Shown here piece by piece: positions 11,801-22,289 of a stretch of 64,000 bases of DNA (position 1 is its first letter; every line of letters starts with the position of its first letter). The notes below the pieces were generated by a model. The model worked only from the letters and a program-made list of their open reading frames with translations. It did no database searches and had not been told where the DNA came from. Source of the DNA: Leucoraja ocellata (lineage: Eukaryota); NCBI GenBank assembly GCA_036785375.1, contig JAWMAR010000481.1, positions 1,240,001-1,304,000 on the forward strand, written 5' to 3'. A program made the position numbers and the translations under genes.

Positions 11801-13145
11801 GGGATTGGCATGCAGGCCCCGAGCTTTCACCAGTACCATGAGGTAGACGCCCCTGGTGGACGCGTAGAGGTACTGTTGTCTGGTTTAGTGTGGTGCTCAT
11901 TCCAGACTCTGCCCTCTTGTGCCGAATAGTTTGAACGCTTCGTCCAGTTTTTAGGACTGGTTTGGTAACTGCCAGGTAGCAGGATCTGTGGTTGTGAGGT
12001 CGGCGTTCTCACAGTCCTGTGAATTTCATACATTGAGGGCAGGTTTGTGACTTCCCTTGAGAAGTTACGGGGTATACTGTTGAAGAGTAGGGTCAGGTGT
12101 TTTGCCATACTACCCTGCCCTTCTGGAATGAGCAGGTGGACATGATAGCCGACGTCAGGGTATCAAATGCAATTTTAAGATATTTGGGTTAAAATGCGCT
12201 GCTCAATGTATCCCCCAATAATGGCGGGCACTTCGAGTAAATGCAATTTAGGGGAGGCGTGATGAAACCAATGCCTCATGGCTACCAGTCTTGGAGAGGT
12301 TTTTTGGAAAAAACAGGTAGTAGGCTGGCCATCAGTTAAGACTGAAAGGCCATCTTGCTCGTGGTGAAACCACGTAGCGGCCACACCCAGCAGCTCTTCC
12401 TGATCCTGTACCCCAAGCATACTCCCGATATTGTTCAGCCAGTGCCCATCTTCTTGACCAGCCCGGCTCTGGTTGCCAAAGCTGTCCTCGGATGAGGAGG
12501 AAGCAATGGCCAGTGTGGAGGGAGTGCCTGAATTCCCTCTGCGAAACTGCTCCTCACGAAGCACGTCTCGCTGGAGCTTACGCTCCACGAGCTGCTCCAA
12601 GCCAGGAAAACCGACCTCAGAGTAGACTTACCTGATGGTCCGTTTTTTAACTGTAGCGGGGGCGCCTGACTCCCGCTGTGCCTCTGGACTGGAAACCAGC
12701 GCAGCTCTGTCTGTGGACCGCAGCGTGTGTGGTCCTGGTGCCGTCTCTCCCCCCTCCGCGAACGGAATGCTCCTTCCCCAGAGGCCAAGGGGGGGTGGGG
12801 GGGGGGGGCTTACATCTGGACTGGCACCGACGCAGCTCCCTATCTGTGGACCGCAGCGTGTGTGGTCCTGGTGCCGTTTCTCCCCCCTCCGCGAACGGAA
12901 CGCTCCTTCCCCAGAGTCCAACGGGGGCCGCTTGCATCTGCTGCTTTGCTCCACCTGGAGCAACAAACAGACACGAGTCGCTAGTTAAAACTGAAGGTAA
13001 GTACTTACCTAACGGTTCCTTCCTTCAGGCTTGTAGCGGGAGCGCCTGACTCCCGCTTGCCGCTGTTGCCTGCGTGAACGTAATGCCGCGCATGCGTGCT
13101 GAGCGGGTTCCTCACATAGTCACGCACTTGACTCCGAAGTAAAAT
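8802..13145 (-). mobile_element. DIRS1-like tyrosine-recombinase retrotransposon, degenerate
   Basis: Inverted termini (aacccgctcagcacgcatgcgcggcat ~8881 vs atgccgcgcatgcgtgctgagcgggtt ~13083); internal complementary region ~9022-9110 containing the circle junction ttaatcttact/attttacttcggag; YR-like ORF 9532..9744; absent from the empty site at ~6773. Confidence 0.88.
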
Positions 13146-13723
13146 ATAGTATTTAGCCTGATAGCCTGATGGTCAAAATAGTTCTTAAGTCTGGTGGTAC
13201 TTTCAGCCATGCCCCTGTATCGTCTGCCTGATGGTAACAAGGAGAACAGTCTGTGTGCTGGGTGGCTGTGGTCCCTGATGATGCTGTGCAGCAGGCACCA
13301 CTCTCCAGTGGAAAATGTCCTGAATGGCCAGGAGACAGTTGCCAGTGATGTGCTGTGCCGCCTTCTCCACTCTCTGTAGTGATTTGCGGCTGTGGGCAGA
13401 ACAGTTCCCGTACCAGACTGTGATGCAACCCGTCAGCAGGCTCTCGATGGTGCATCTGTAGATGTTTGTGAGGATGCTGGCGTTCATGCCAAACTTCCTC
13501 AGTATTGTCAGGAGAAAGAGCCGCTGGCGGGCTTTCTTAGTTATTGTGTCCGTGTGCAGTGTCCAGGAGAGGTCCTCACTGATGTACACACTGAGGAACT
13601 TGAAGCTGCTGACCCTTTCAATGTCAACATCACCGATATGGATGGGGAGGTGTCCACTCCCCTGCTGTCTCCTGTAGTCCATGATCAGCTCTTTAGTTTA
13701 GCAGACATTGAGAGACAGGTTGT
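13146..13723 (-). mobile_element. Rex1/Babar-like LINE fragment (duplicate of ~6775-7352)
   Basis: ORF 13203..13682 is near-identical to 6814..7311. Confidence 0.8.
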
Positions 13724-13846
13724 TCCTTATGCACACGTCAATAAAGTGAGTCTGGAAAATGAATGCAAGTTGTTAGAGTCCAGTTGATCGGTGACGACAA
13801 CACCAGACCTTGTCCGGTTTGTAAGCTTCCTATTTCTCATCTGCAG

Positions 13847-14149
13847 AATTGTCTGTCTTTATCCAAAACCCCTCTACTGAAGAGATTTGGATCAACAAGA
13901 CCGCTACTGTGGTGTGCGTGGTAATGGGCGCTGATCTGAGCCAGGTCCAAGTCTACTGGCAAGTGAGCGGAAGGGAGAGAACTACAGGGGCTGTGACCCA
14001 CCAACCGAGAGGGGAAAGTACACAAGACAGAGTGAGCAGTAAACTCCGGAGCATTGTGGAGGAGTGGACCAGCGGGGTGGAGGTTGTGTGCTCTGCCCAA
14101 CGATCTCCATCATCCTCACCAGTGTCAGCACGGACAGAAAGTGCCAAAG
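13847..14149 (+). CDS. IgW: Ig constant exon A3 (IgW CH3-like)
   Basis: Same splice sites; open; SSVEEW->SIVEEW. Confidence 0.92.
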
Positions 14150-14195
14150 GTGGGCGAGAGATCGACAATGATACGGCCAACATTAGTTACCATGA

Positions 14196-14523
14196 AGGGC
14201 CTTTCCCACTTACGCAACTTTTTCGGTGACGGCCGGCACCCGTCGTAGGTCGTTGCAGGTCGGCGAATATTTTCAACATGTTGAAAATCCAGTGGTGACC
14301 AGAAAGATGCTACGACTCTTTTGGTGACTGAACAGACTACTCACGACCATACAAGTGACACCCTGGCAACATGTCGCGGGATGAAACCTGTATGGTCATG
14401 AGTAGTTGCCCAAAGAGTCGTACCTTGTTCTGGTGGTTGCTGGATTTTCAACATTTTCAACATCGGCGACCTGTGACGGGTGCCAGCAGTCACTGAAAAA
14501 GTCACGTAAGTGGAACAGGCCCT
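14196..14523. mobile_element. Harbinger-type MITE (copy 3)
   Basis: Same TIRs and TSD as copies 1-2. Confidence 0.8.
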
Positions 14524-14565
14524 TGAGGAAGAGGGTCTCACATCTACTTTGCTCCTCTGTTCCAG

Positions 14566-14883
14566 TTGAAACAAAAAGACCCAAGGTCAGACTGCTGCCT
14601 CCAGCTCACCAAGAGACCAAGCGAAGCCACACAGCCACCCTCGAGTGTGTGCTCTCTGGTTTCTACCCGGACCTCATAAACGTCACTTGGGAGAAAGACG
14701 GAGCCCCAATCTCCTCCACTACCACCGCTACACCGACTGCTCTGGAGCAGGGGGGGACTTTCAGTGCCAGCCACTTCCTGACTGTGAGTTCAGAGGATTG
14801 GAAGAAAGGCTCAGTCTTCGGCTGTGCAGTGTCTCATCCCCCGTCGAACACCAGTATCAGCCGGGAAGTGAAATGCTTTCAAG
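14566..14883 (+). CDS. IgW: Ig constant exon B3 (IgW CH4-like, membrane-proximal)
   Basis: Same splice sites; open; loses the NVS sequon (TVS) and gains Cys in KCFQ. Confidence 0.93.
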
Positions 14884-14987
14884 GTACGGTGCTGGGATTC
14901 ACTCTAATCATCACATCTTTTACCCCGTCACAAAATAGGCCCAGGCAAGTTTAGCACTGAAGGACAAGTGTTGCAGTGTGTGAGTGA

Positions 14988-15455
14988 GTCAAGAAGAGTC
15001 AAGAGTGTTTTATTGTCATATGTACCAGACGGGACAAGGAAATTCTTACTTGCTGCAGCACAACAGAATATGTGAATATATAAACATAGTGCATAACGGG
15101 GAACGAGAAAAAAATAAAAAGTTTAATAAATAACAAATAGTGCAAATAACAAACAATAATATAGTATTTTGCAGTTCAGGGCTCAGAGCTTATTCATTGT
15201 GTTTAATAGCTTGATTGCTGTAGGGAAGAAGCTGTTCCAGTACCTGGACGTTACAGTTTTCAGGCTCCTGTAACTTCTTCCTGATGGCAATGGTGAGATG
15301 AGTGTGTGGCCAGGATGGTGTGGGTCCTTGATGATCCTGGCTGCCTTTTTGAGGCAGTGACTATGATAGATCTCTTCGACGGTGGGGAGGTCAAAGCCAG
15401 CGATGAACTGGGCAATGGTCACAACTTTTTGTAGTATTTTTTGTTTCTGGATGTT
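14988..15455 (-). mobile_element. Rex1/Babar-like LINE 3' end
   Basis: Minus ORF 15183..15470 (KAARIIKDPHHPGH.LISPLPSGR.YRSL...NSFFP.AI.LLN). Confidence 0.75.
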
Positions 15456-16475
15456 TGCTCCTATACTCAACTCCTCTTGTTATGAATGCCAACATGCCAT
15501 TCACTTTCTTAACTGCCTGCTGTACCTACCTGCATGCTTACTTTCATGATGCTGAACAAGTTGTCATTTAGAAGGCTAAAGGAAGTTTTGTTTGATGTTT
15601 TCACAAAGTTAATGGGAGCTAACAGAATAGATTATCCTGTGAAGATCTATTTACACACCTCCACATTCAGGGACAGTTTCTTCCCAGCTGTTATCAGGCA
15701 ACTGAATCATCCCACCACATCCAGAGAGTGGTCCTGAACTACTATCTCCCACACTGGAGACCCTCGGACTATCTTTGATTGGACTTTACTGGTTTTACCT
15801 TGCACTAAACATTAATCCCTTATCATGTATGTATACACTGTGAATGACTCATTTGTAATCATGTTTTGCCTTTCCGCTGACTGGTTAGCATGCAACAAAA
15901 GCATTTCACTGTACCTTGGTACACGTGACAATAAACTAAACTAACTAGATGAGGAGGAATTATTTTTTAGTTGTATACAGTGCTCCCTGGGTTACAAATG
16001 ATCTCCCTGATTTATGGAAATCCAACTTTATACAAAGTACAGGGTCTAAAAGTTAGAGGTAGCCATGCTGCATGAAGTGGGTCATGATGTCTGAAGAAGG
16101 GTCTCGATGTGAAACCTCACCCATTCCTTCTCTCCAGAGATACTGCCTGTGCAACTGAGTTACTCCAGCTTTTTGTGTCTATCAGAGGTTCATGGAAGTT
16201 TGGAATTGCCTTCCACAGTTAGCATTTGGTTTCAGGTGTGAAGGTGATTTTATATCTGAGATTGCAGAGTTTGACTATACGAGATGATAATGGATGTGGG
16301 GGAAAGTCAGCTCAGTGGAGCTGGTGATAGATCTCCACATATCATTGAACGGTGGAACTAACCCAAGCCTCCTGTCTTCCTGTCCTCCTGTTGTCTTCAT
16401 TTTATTCACACGTTGTTGATCTTCACAAAACATCGGCGGCAAACTAACTGTCTCACCTTCTCATTTGTCCTGAAG

Positions 16476-16615
16476 CCGGCACAGAATTGACAGGTGAGGA
16501 AGGGAAGGTGGAGCCAGGGGACTTGGATGGAGATGACAATATGCTCACAGTTGCTGCCTTCGCCATCTTGTTCGTTATCAGTTTCCTCTACAGTACCTTC
16601 GTCACTGTTGTCAAG
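16476..16615 (+). CDS. IgW: Ig heavy-chain transmembrane exon TM1 (copy 1)
   Basis: Branch ctaac + ttctcatttgtcctgaag| acceptor, AAG|gtaac donor; (A)GTELTGEEGKVEPGDLDGDDNMLTVAAFAILFVISFLYSTFVTVVK has an acidic spacer and the antigen-receptor TM motif (F..LF..S..YS..VT..K); missed by the ORF track. Confidence 0.92.
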
Positions 16616-17640
16616 GTAACGATGACCAACGACAAAGATACTTTGTGACCCCCCCACACTGTGACCGTCCATTCCTCACTACACTGTGTTCTCTGACTCT
16701 TCAATCCTCACCACACCACGGCCAACAGATGATGCAGTCTGGGACAATAAGGGGAGCGGGGTGTCAAATGGGATAGTCAGGGCCAGAGTTAAAGGGAAAG
16801 GGAGTAAAGGGATAGTTAATGACCCCAGAATTAAAGGGAAAGAAAGCTCACAAAGGGATAGGAGAGTAATAGGGATCGATGTGAAAAGTGAGATGTGTAA
16901 GGAATTAAAAGTATTGTACATGAATGTGCGAAGTACAAGAAGTAAAGTAGATGAGCTTGAAGCTCAGTTAGAGGTTGGTATATATGACATGGTGGGGAAT
17001 ACTGAGACGTGGCTGCAGGAGAATCAGGCCTGAGAACTTAATATTCAGGGTTATACAGCCTATAGAAAGGTCAGGCAGGTGGGCAGAGGAGGGGGGGGGG
17101 GTAGCTCTGCTGGTGAGGGAGGGAATTCAGTCCCTTGTGAGGGAAGACATAGGGACTGACGAGGTAGAGTCACTGTGGATTGAGTTGAGGAATTACAAAG
17201 GCAAGAAGACCCTAATTGGTGTTATCTACAGACCCCCAAATAGTAGCCCGGATGTAGGGTGTGAGTTGCAGCAGGAGTTAAAACTGGCATGTAACAAAGG
17301 TAATGCCACTGTGGTGATGGGGGATTTCAATATGCAGGTGGACTGGGAAAATCAGCTTGGTTCAGGACCCCAAGAAAGAGAGTTTGTAGAATGCCTCCGA
17401 GATGGATTCTTAGAGCTGCTTCTAATCAAGCCGATCAGAGAAAAGGCAATTCTGGATTTAGTGTTGTCTAATGAACCAGATTTGATAAGAGAACGAGAGG
17501 TAAAGGAACCGCTTCGAGGTAGTGATCATAATATGATTAGTTTTAATCTGCAATTTGAGAAGGTGAAGGTTAAATCGGAAGTGTCAGTGATGTAGTTGAA
17601 CAAAGGGGACTATGAAGGCATCAGAGAGGAGCTGGGCAAG

Positions 17641-18543
17641 TGAAGTCAAGTCAAGTCAAGTTTATTTGTCACATACACATACGAGATGTGCAGTGAAATG
17701 AAAGTGGCAATGCTCGCGGACTTTTGTGCAAAAGACAAACAACAAAACAACCAAACAAATTATAAACACAATCATAACACACATATTCTTTTACATAATA
17801 AATAATGGAAGGAAAAACGTTTAGTAGAGTTAGTCCCTGGTGAGATAGGCAGTTACAGTCCGAATTGCCTCTGGGAAGAAACTCCTTCTCAACCTCCCCG
17901 TTCTCACCGCATGGCAACGGAGGCGTTTGCCTGACCGTAGCAGCTGGAACAGTCCGTTGCAGGGGTGGAAGGGGTCTCCCATGATTTTATTTGCTCTGGA
18001 GTTGCACCTCCTGTTGTATAGTTCCTGCAGGGGGGTGAGTGAAGTTCCCATAGTGCGTTCGGCCGAACGCACTAATCTCTGCAGAGCCTTCTTGTCCTTG
18101 GCAGAGCAATTCCCAAACCAGATGGTAATGTTCCCGGACAAGATGCTTTCCACCGCCGCTGCGTAGAAGCACTGGAGGATCCTCGGAGACACTCTGAATT
18201 TCCTCAATTGCCTGAGGTGGTAAAGGCGCTGCCTTGCCTTACTCACGAGTGCTGAGGCGTGTGATGCCCATGTCATATCCTCAGTGATGTGGACTCCCAG
18301 ATATTTAAAACAGTTCACCCTATCCACAGGATCCCCATTTATCCTCAATGGAGTGTACGTCCTCGGATGATGTGCCCTCCTAAAGTCCATGATCAGCTCC
18401 TTTGTTTTTTTGATGTTCAAGAGGAGGCTGTTATCCTGGCACCAGAGTGCTAGATCAGCCACCTCCTCCCGGTAGGCCTTCTCATCGTTGTCTGAGATCA
18501 GGCCCACCACCACAGTGTCATCAGCAAACTTAATTATTGAATT
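17641..18543 (-). mobile_element. 5'-truncated Rex1/Babar-like LINE inserted in the CR1 (present in unit 1, absent from unit 2)
   Basis: ORF 17830..18513 (AYREEV..L..WC..N.L.LN..KTKELIMDFRR); AATAAA(CTTGA)n tail; empty site gccaaggtagactgg at ~51612. Confidence 0.85.
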
Positions 18544-18560
18544 AGGTAGACTGGAAAGGG

Positions 18561-18685
18561 TTCAAGAAGGAACTGCAGATGCTGGAAGATCGAAGGTACA
18601 CAAAAATGCTGGAGAAACTCAGCGGGTGCAGCAGCATCTATGGAGCGAAGGAAATAGGCGACGTTTCGGGCCGAAACCCTTCTTC
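18561..18685. mobile_element. Short Penelope-derived insertion with 13-bp TSD (AGACTGGAAAGGG); paralog at 51633-51757
   Basis: TSD at 18548-18560 and 18686-18698; interrupts CR1 ORF2. Confidence 0.75.
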
Positions 18686-20886
18686 AGACTGGAAAGGGAC
18701 CCTAGCAGGAATGACGGTGGAACAGCAATGGCAGGAATTTCTGGGCATAATCCAGAAGATGCAGGATCATTTCATTCCAAAAAGCAAGAAAGATTCTAAG
18801 GGGAGTAGGAGGCAACCGTGGCTGACAAGAGAAGTAGGGATAGAATAAAACTAAAAGAAAAGATGTATAACACAGCAAAGAGTAGCCAGAAGCCAGAGGA
18901 TTGGGAAACTTTCATAGGACAACAGAAGGAAACAAAACGGGCAATACATGCTGAAAAGATGAAGTACGAGGGGAAGCTGGCCAGGAATGTAAAGAAGGAC
19001 AGTAAAAGCTTATTTGATATGTTAAGGGGAAAAGAGTAGCAAAGACAAATGTGGGTTCCATGAAGGCAGACATGGGTGAAATTATTATGGGAAACAAGGA
19101 AATGGCAGAAGAGTTGAACAAGTACTTCGGATCTGTCTTCACTAAGGAAGACACATACAATCTCCCAGAAGTACTGGAGGACAGAGGATCTAAGGGGGTA
19201 GAGGAAATGAAAGAAATTTTCATTAGGTGAGAAATAGTATTGGGTAGGCTAATGGGACTAAAGGATGATAAATCCCCTGGGCCTGATGGTCTGCATCCCA
19301 GGGAGGTGGTTCTAGAAATAGTGGATGCATTGGTGATCATTTTCCAATGTCAATAGATTCAGGATCAGTTCCTGTGGATTGGAGGATAGCTAATGTTATC
19401 CCACTTTTCAAGAAAGGAGCGAGAGAGAAAACGGGGAATTACAGACCAGTTAGCCTGACTTTGGTGGTGGGAAAGATGCTGGAGTCAATTATTAAAGAGT
19501 TAATAATGGGGCATTTAGATAGCAGTAAAAGGATTAGTCCAAGTCAGCATGGATTTATGAAAGGAAAATCATGCTTGACTAATCTTCTGGAATTTTTTGA
19601 GGATGTGACAAGTAAAATGGATCAAGAGGTGCCAGTGGAGGTAGTGTACCTAGACTTTCAGAAAGCCTTTGATAAGGTCCCGCACGGGAGACTGGTGACT
19701 AAAATTAGAGCACATGGTATTGGGGGTAGGGTGTTGACATGGATAGAAAATTGGTTGGAAGCAAAGAGTAGGAAAGAACGGGTCCTTTTCAGAATGGCAG
19801 GCAGTGGCGAGTGGAGGCTCGGTGTTGGGGCCGCAACTGTTTACCATATATATTAATGATTTGCAAGAGGGAATTAGGAGCAACACTAGCAAGTTTGCGG
19901 ATGACACAAAGCTGGGTGGCAGTGTGAATTGTGAAGAGGATGTTAGGAGGTTGCAGGGTAACCTGGACAGGTTGAGTGAGTGGGCAGATGCGTGGCAGAT
20001 GCAGTATAATATAGATAAATGTGAGGTTATCCACTTTGGCGGCAAAAACAAGGGGGCAGATTATTATCTCAATGGGGTTAGGTTAGGCAAGGGGGAGGTA
20101 CTGCGAGACCTGGGTGTCCTTGTACACCAGTCACTGAAAATTGGCGGGCAGGTACAGCAGGCCGTGAAGAATGCTAATGGAATGTTGGCCTTCATAACAA
20201 TAGGATTTCAGTATAGGAGTAGAGAGGCTCTTCTGCAGTTGTATAGGGCTCTGGTGAGACCACATCTGGAGTATTGTATACTGCTTTGGTCTCCTAATTT
20301 GAGGAAGGACGCTGGTGTTTAGAAGGATGAGGGGGAGATCTTATAGAAACATATAAAATTATAAAAGGACTGGACAAGCGAGATGCAGGAAAAAATGTTC
20401 CCAATGTTGGGCGAGTCCAGACCCAAGGGCCTCAGTCTGAGAATAATGGGGAGGCCATAATGGGGAGGCCGTAACTGAGGTGAGAATAAACTCTTTCACC
20501 CAGTGAGTTGTGAATTTGTGCAAGTCCCTACCACAGAGGAGGCCAAATCACTGGATGGATTTAAGAGAGAGTTAGATAGGGCTCTAGGGGCTGGTGGAAT
20601 CAAGGGATATGGGGGGAAGGCAGGCACGGGTTATTAATTGGGGGTGATCAACCATGATCACAATGAATGGAGGTGCTGGCTCGAAGGGCCGAATGGCCTC
20701 CTCCTGCACCTATTTTCTATGTTTCTATGGGACCCTTCACATCCCCCTGGTCTTTGAACCTTTCCACTTTACTCCTGTCCTCTGGGCCTTGATACAGCAA
20801 ACATTCATAGAACGTTAGGTATTTGGGGCAATGACCCTGGGCTCAAACAAGGAAATCAAACAAACGTTGTATTCATATCAAATGTT

Positions 20887-21200
20887 GGGCGTCACGGTGG
20901 CACAGCGATAGAGCTGCTGCCTTACAGTGCCAGAGATCTGGGTTCCATCCTGACTACGGGTGCAGTCTGTACGTAGTTTGTACGTTCTCCCCGTGACATG
21001 CGTATGTTTTCTCCAACATCTTCGGTTTCCTCCCAAACTCCAAAGATGTACAGGTTTGTAGGTTAATTGGCTTGATGTAAATGTAAAAATATTGTCCCTA
21101 GTGTGTGTAGGGTAGTGTTAATGTGCAGGGATCGCTGGTTGGCGCAGTCTCCCTGGGCTGAAGGGCTTGTTTGATGCTGTATCACTGAACTACAACTAAC
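20887..21200 (+). mobile_element. tRNA-derived V-SINE (HE1-like)
   Basis: gggcgtcacggtggcacagcg..gagctgctgccttacag..gggttccatcctgac (A/B-box-like) then V-domain-like gtttgtacgttctccccgtgac...ggtttcctccca. Confidence 0.75.
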
Positions 21201-21520
21201 AGGGTACTCCGTATCTGGAAACTGAGTCCAAGTACGGGACCTCTCTTCAGCCCACAACTCGCATTCAGACTGTGTATCCCTTAGAGTTGACCTGGGCCAC
21301 TAATGAAAGACCACCTGTCCATGAGGGTCCATCTCCTACACACATGCACAGACCACCAATCCTCGAGGGTCCTAGAAATGTTGCAGACCCCCTGTCCATG
21401 AGGGTCCATCTCTGAGGTTAAGGACAGACTGTCTGTTATTTAGTTTGCCTGTCCCTGCAGGTCACCATCTGTGCTGCACCTTGCCACACACAATATCTAA
21501 CTTTCCTGTGTATATTACAG

Positions 21521-21532
21521 GTGCAACAATGA
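21521..21532 (+). CDS. IgW: Ig cytoplasmic exon TM2 (VQQ-stop), completing ...VTVVK|VQQ*
   Basis: ctaac branch + tttcctgtgtatattacag|GTGCAACAATGA; phase 0 matches the TM1 donor; resembles the KVK/KVQ tails of IgH. Confidence 0.75.
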   Translation: MQQ

Positions 21533-21720
21533 CCAGCCGACACACACGCCACCTTCACTCAAGAGATCGCCATGCAGCTGTTGACGTTGACAAATGGAGT
21601 CTCCCTGTCTTTCACTCACTCACTCGGCAATCCGAGGCTACTGCTCTGCAAACGCTCATTACAGGAGATAATCTTGGAAATGCACTGGGGATGCTGGGGA
21701 AGAAACCGGTTGGGATTGAG

Positions 21721-21840
21721 GGGGGTGGGGCGAGTGGGCGGGGGGTGGGGCGAGTGGGCGGGGGGTGGGGCGAGTGGGCGGGGTGTGGGGCGAGTGGGCG
21801 GGGGGTGGGGGGTGGTGGGGGGGTGGGGGTGTGGGGTGGG
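21721..21840 (+). repeat. G-rich 20-bp minisatellite (GGGGGTGGGGCGAGTGGGCG x4) plus G-runs in the putative TM 3'UTR
   Basis: Read directly from the sequence. Confidence 0.9.
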
Positions 21841-22217
21841 AAGGACAGGATAGGACATGACAGTGAGGAAATGTCAGGGTATAAGACACTGGAGTGGGTG
21901 GCATTCAGGAGTGGGAGAGGAAGGCAGGATTAATGTTTGGGAAAGGGGAGCAGATGGGAATGTGATGAGTGAATGAGAAGAGGGGAGTGTGGGAGGGGGA
22001 GGGATGCGCTGATGCCCTAGGTGCAAGAAGGGGGCATGGGGAGGGGAGAAGGAACAGGAAGCAATGTGGTGGAGGGGAGGGGAGGGGGGGGGGGGGCGAT
22101 GCTTGGGGACTTGCTCGATCAGGTTTTGTAAAGCAGATGTTGTTTAACTCATTGTCTGCAGCTTATTTTTTAATTTTTCTGCTGAACTGCATGTTTTCAT
22201 TTGAAATTAGATGCATA

Positions 22218-22228
22218 AATAAAATAAA
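22218..22228 (+). promoter_or_regulatory. Putative poly(A) signal(s) of the membrane-form mRNA
   Basis: Overlapping AATAAA x2, ~690 nt after the TM2 stop, followed by CA and tgtttggagttg, just before repeats resume. Confidence 0.5.
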
Positions 22229-22289
22229 ATAACAAAAACATGAAATGTTTGGAGTTGATCATCATTTTACTCATCACTTTAGGGACTTC

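Larger units (their letters stand above)
5289..15170 (+). repeat. Tandem triplication of a ~2.07-kb unit [exon A - MITE - exon B - LINE fragment]; the second unit is extended by a DIRS insertion
   Basis: Unit start ccttatgcacacgtcaataaag at ~5289, ~7354 and ~13725; exon A offsets 2065 and 6371 (the latter includes a 4344-bp DIRS). Confidence 0.95.
16750..20710 (+). mobile_element. Degenerate CR1 LINE (APE endonuclease + RT, frameshifted) in the TM1-TM2 intron
   Basis: ORFs 16975..17595 (YRPPNS, MGDFN, SDH), 19347..19856 (NYRPVSLT, QHGF, YLDFQKAFDKV), 19804..20322 (FADDTK); tail tttctatgtttctatg ~20715-20730. Confidence 0.9.

Noticed and set aside
5411-16615. Assignment as IgM, TCR or MHC
   Set aside because: The EEIWINKTAT / SSVEEW / PTALEQ motifs match remembered IgW/IgNAR domains, and the TM has the IgH motif without TCR charged residues. 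IgW vs IgNAR still needs a database check
20887-20960. tRNA gene
   Set aside because: tRNA-like head runs into a V-SINE body; no complete cloverleaf is evident
21721-21840. Class-switch (S) region or CRISPR-like array
   Set aside because: Too short, downstream of TM2, not AGCT-rich and no unique spacers; the context is eukaryotic
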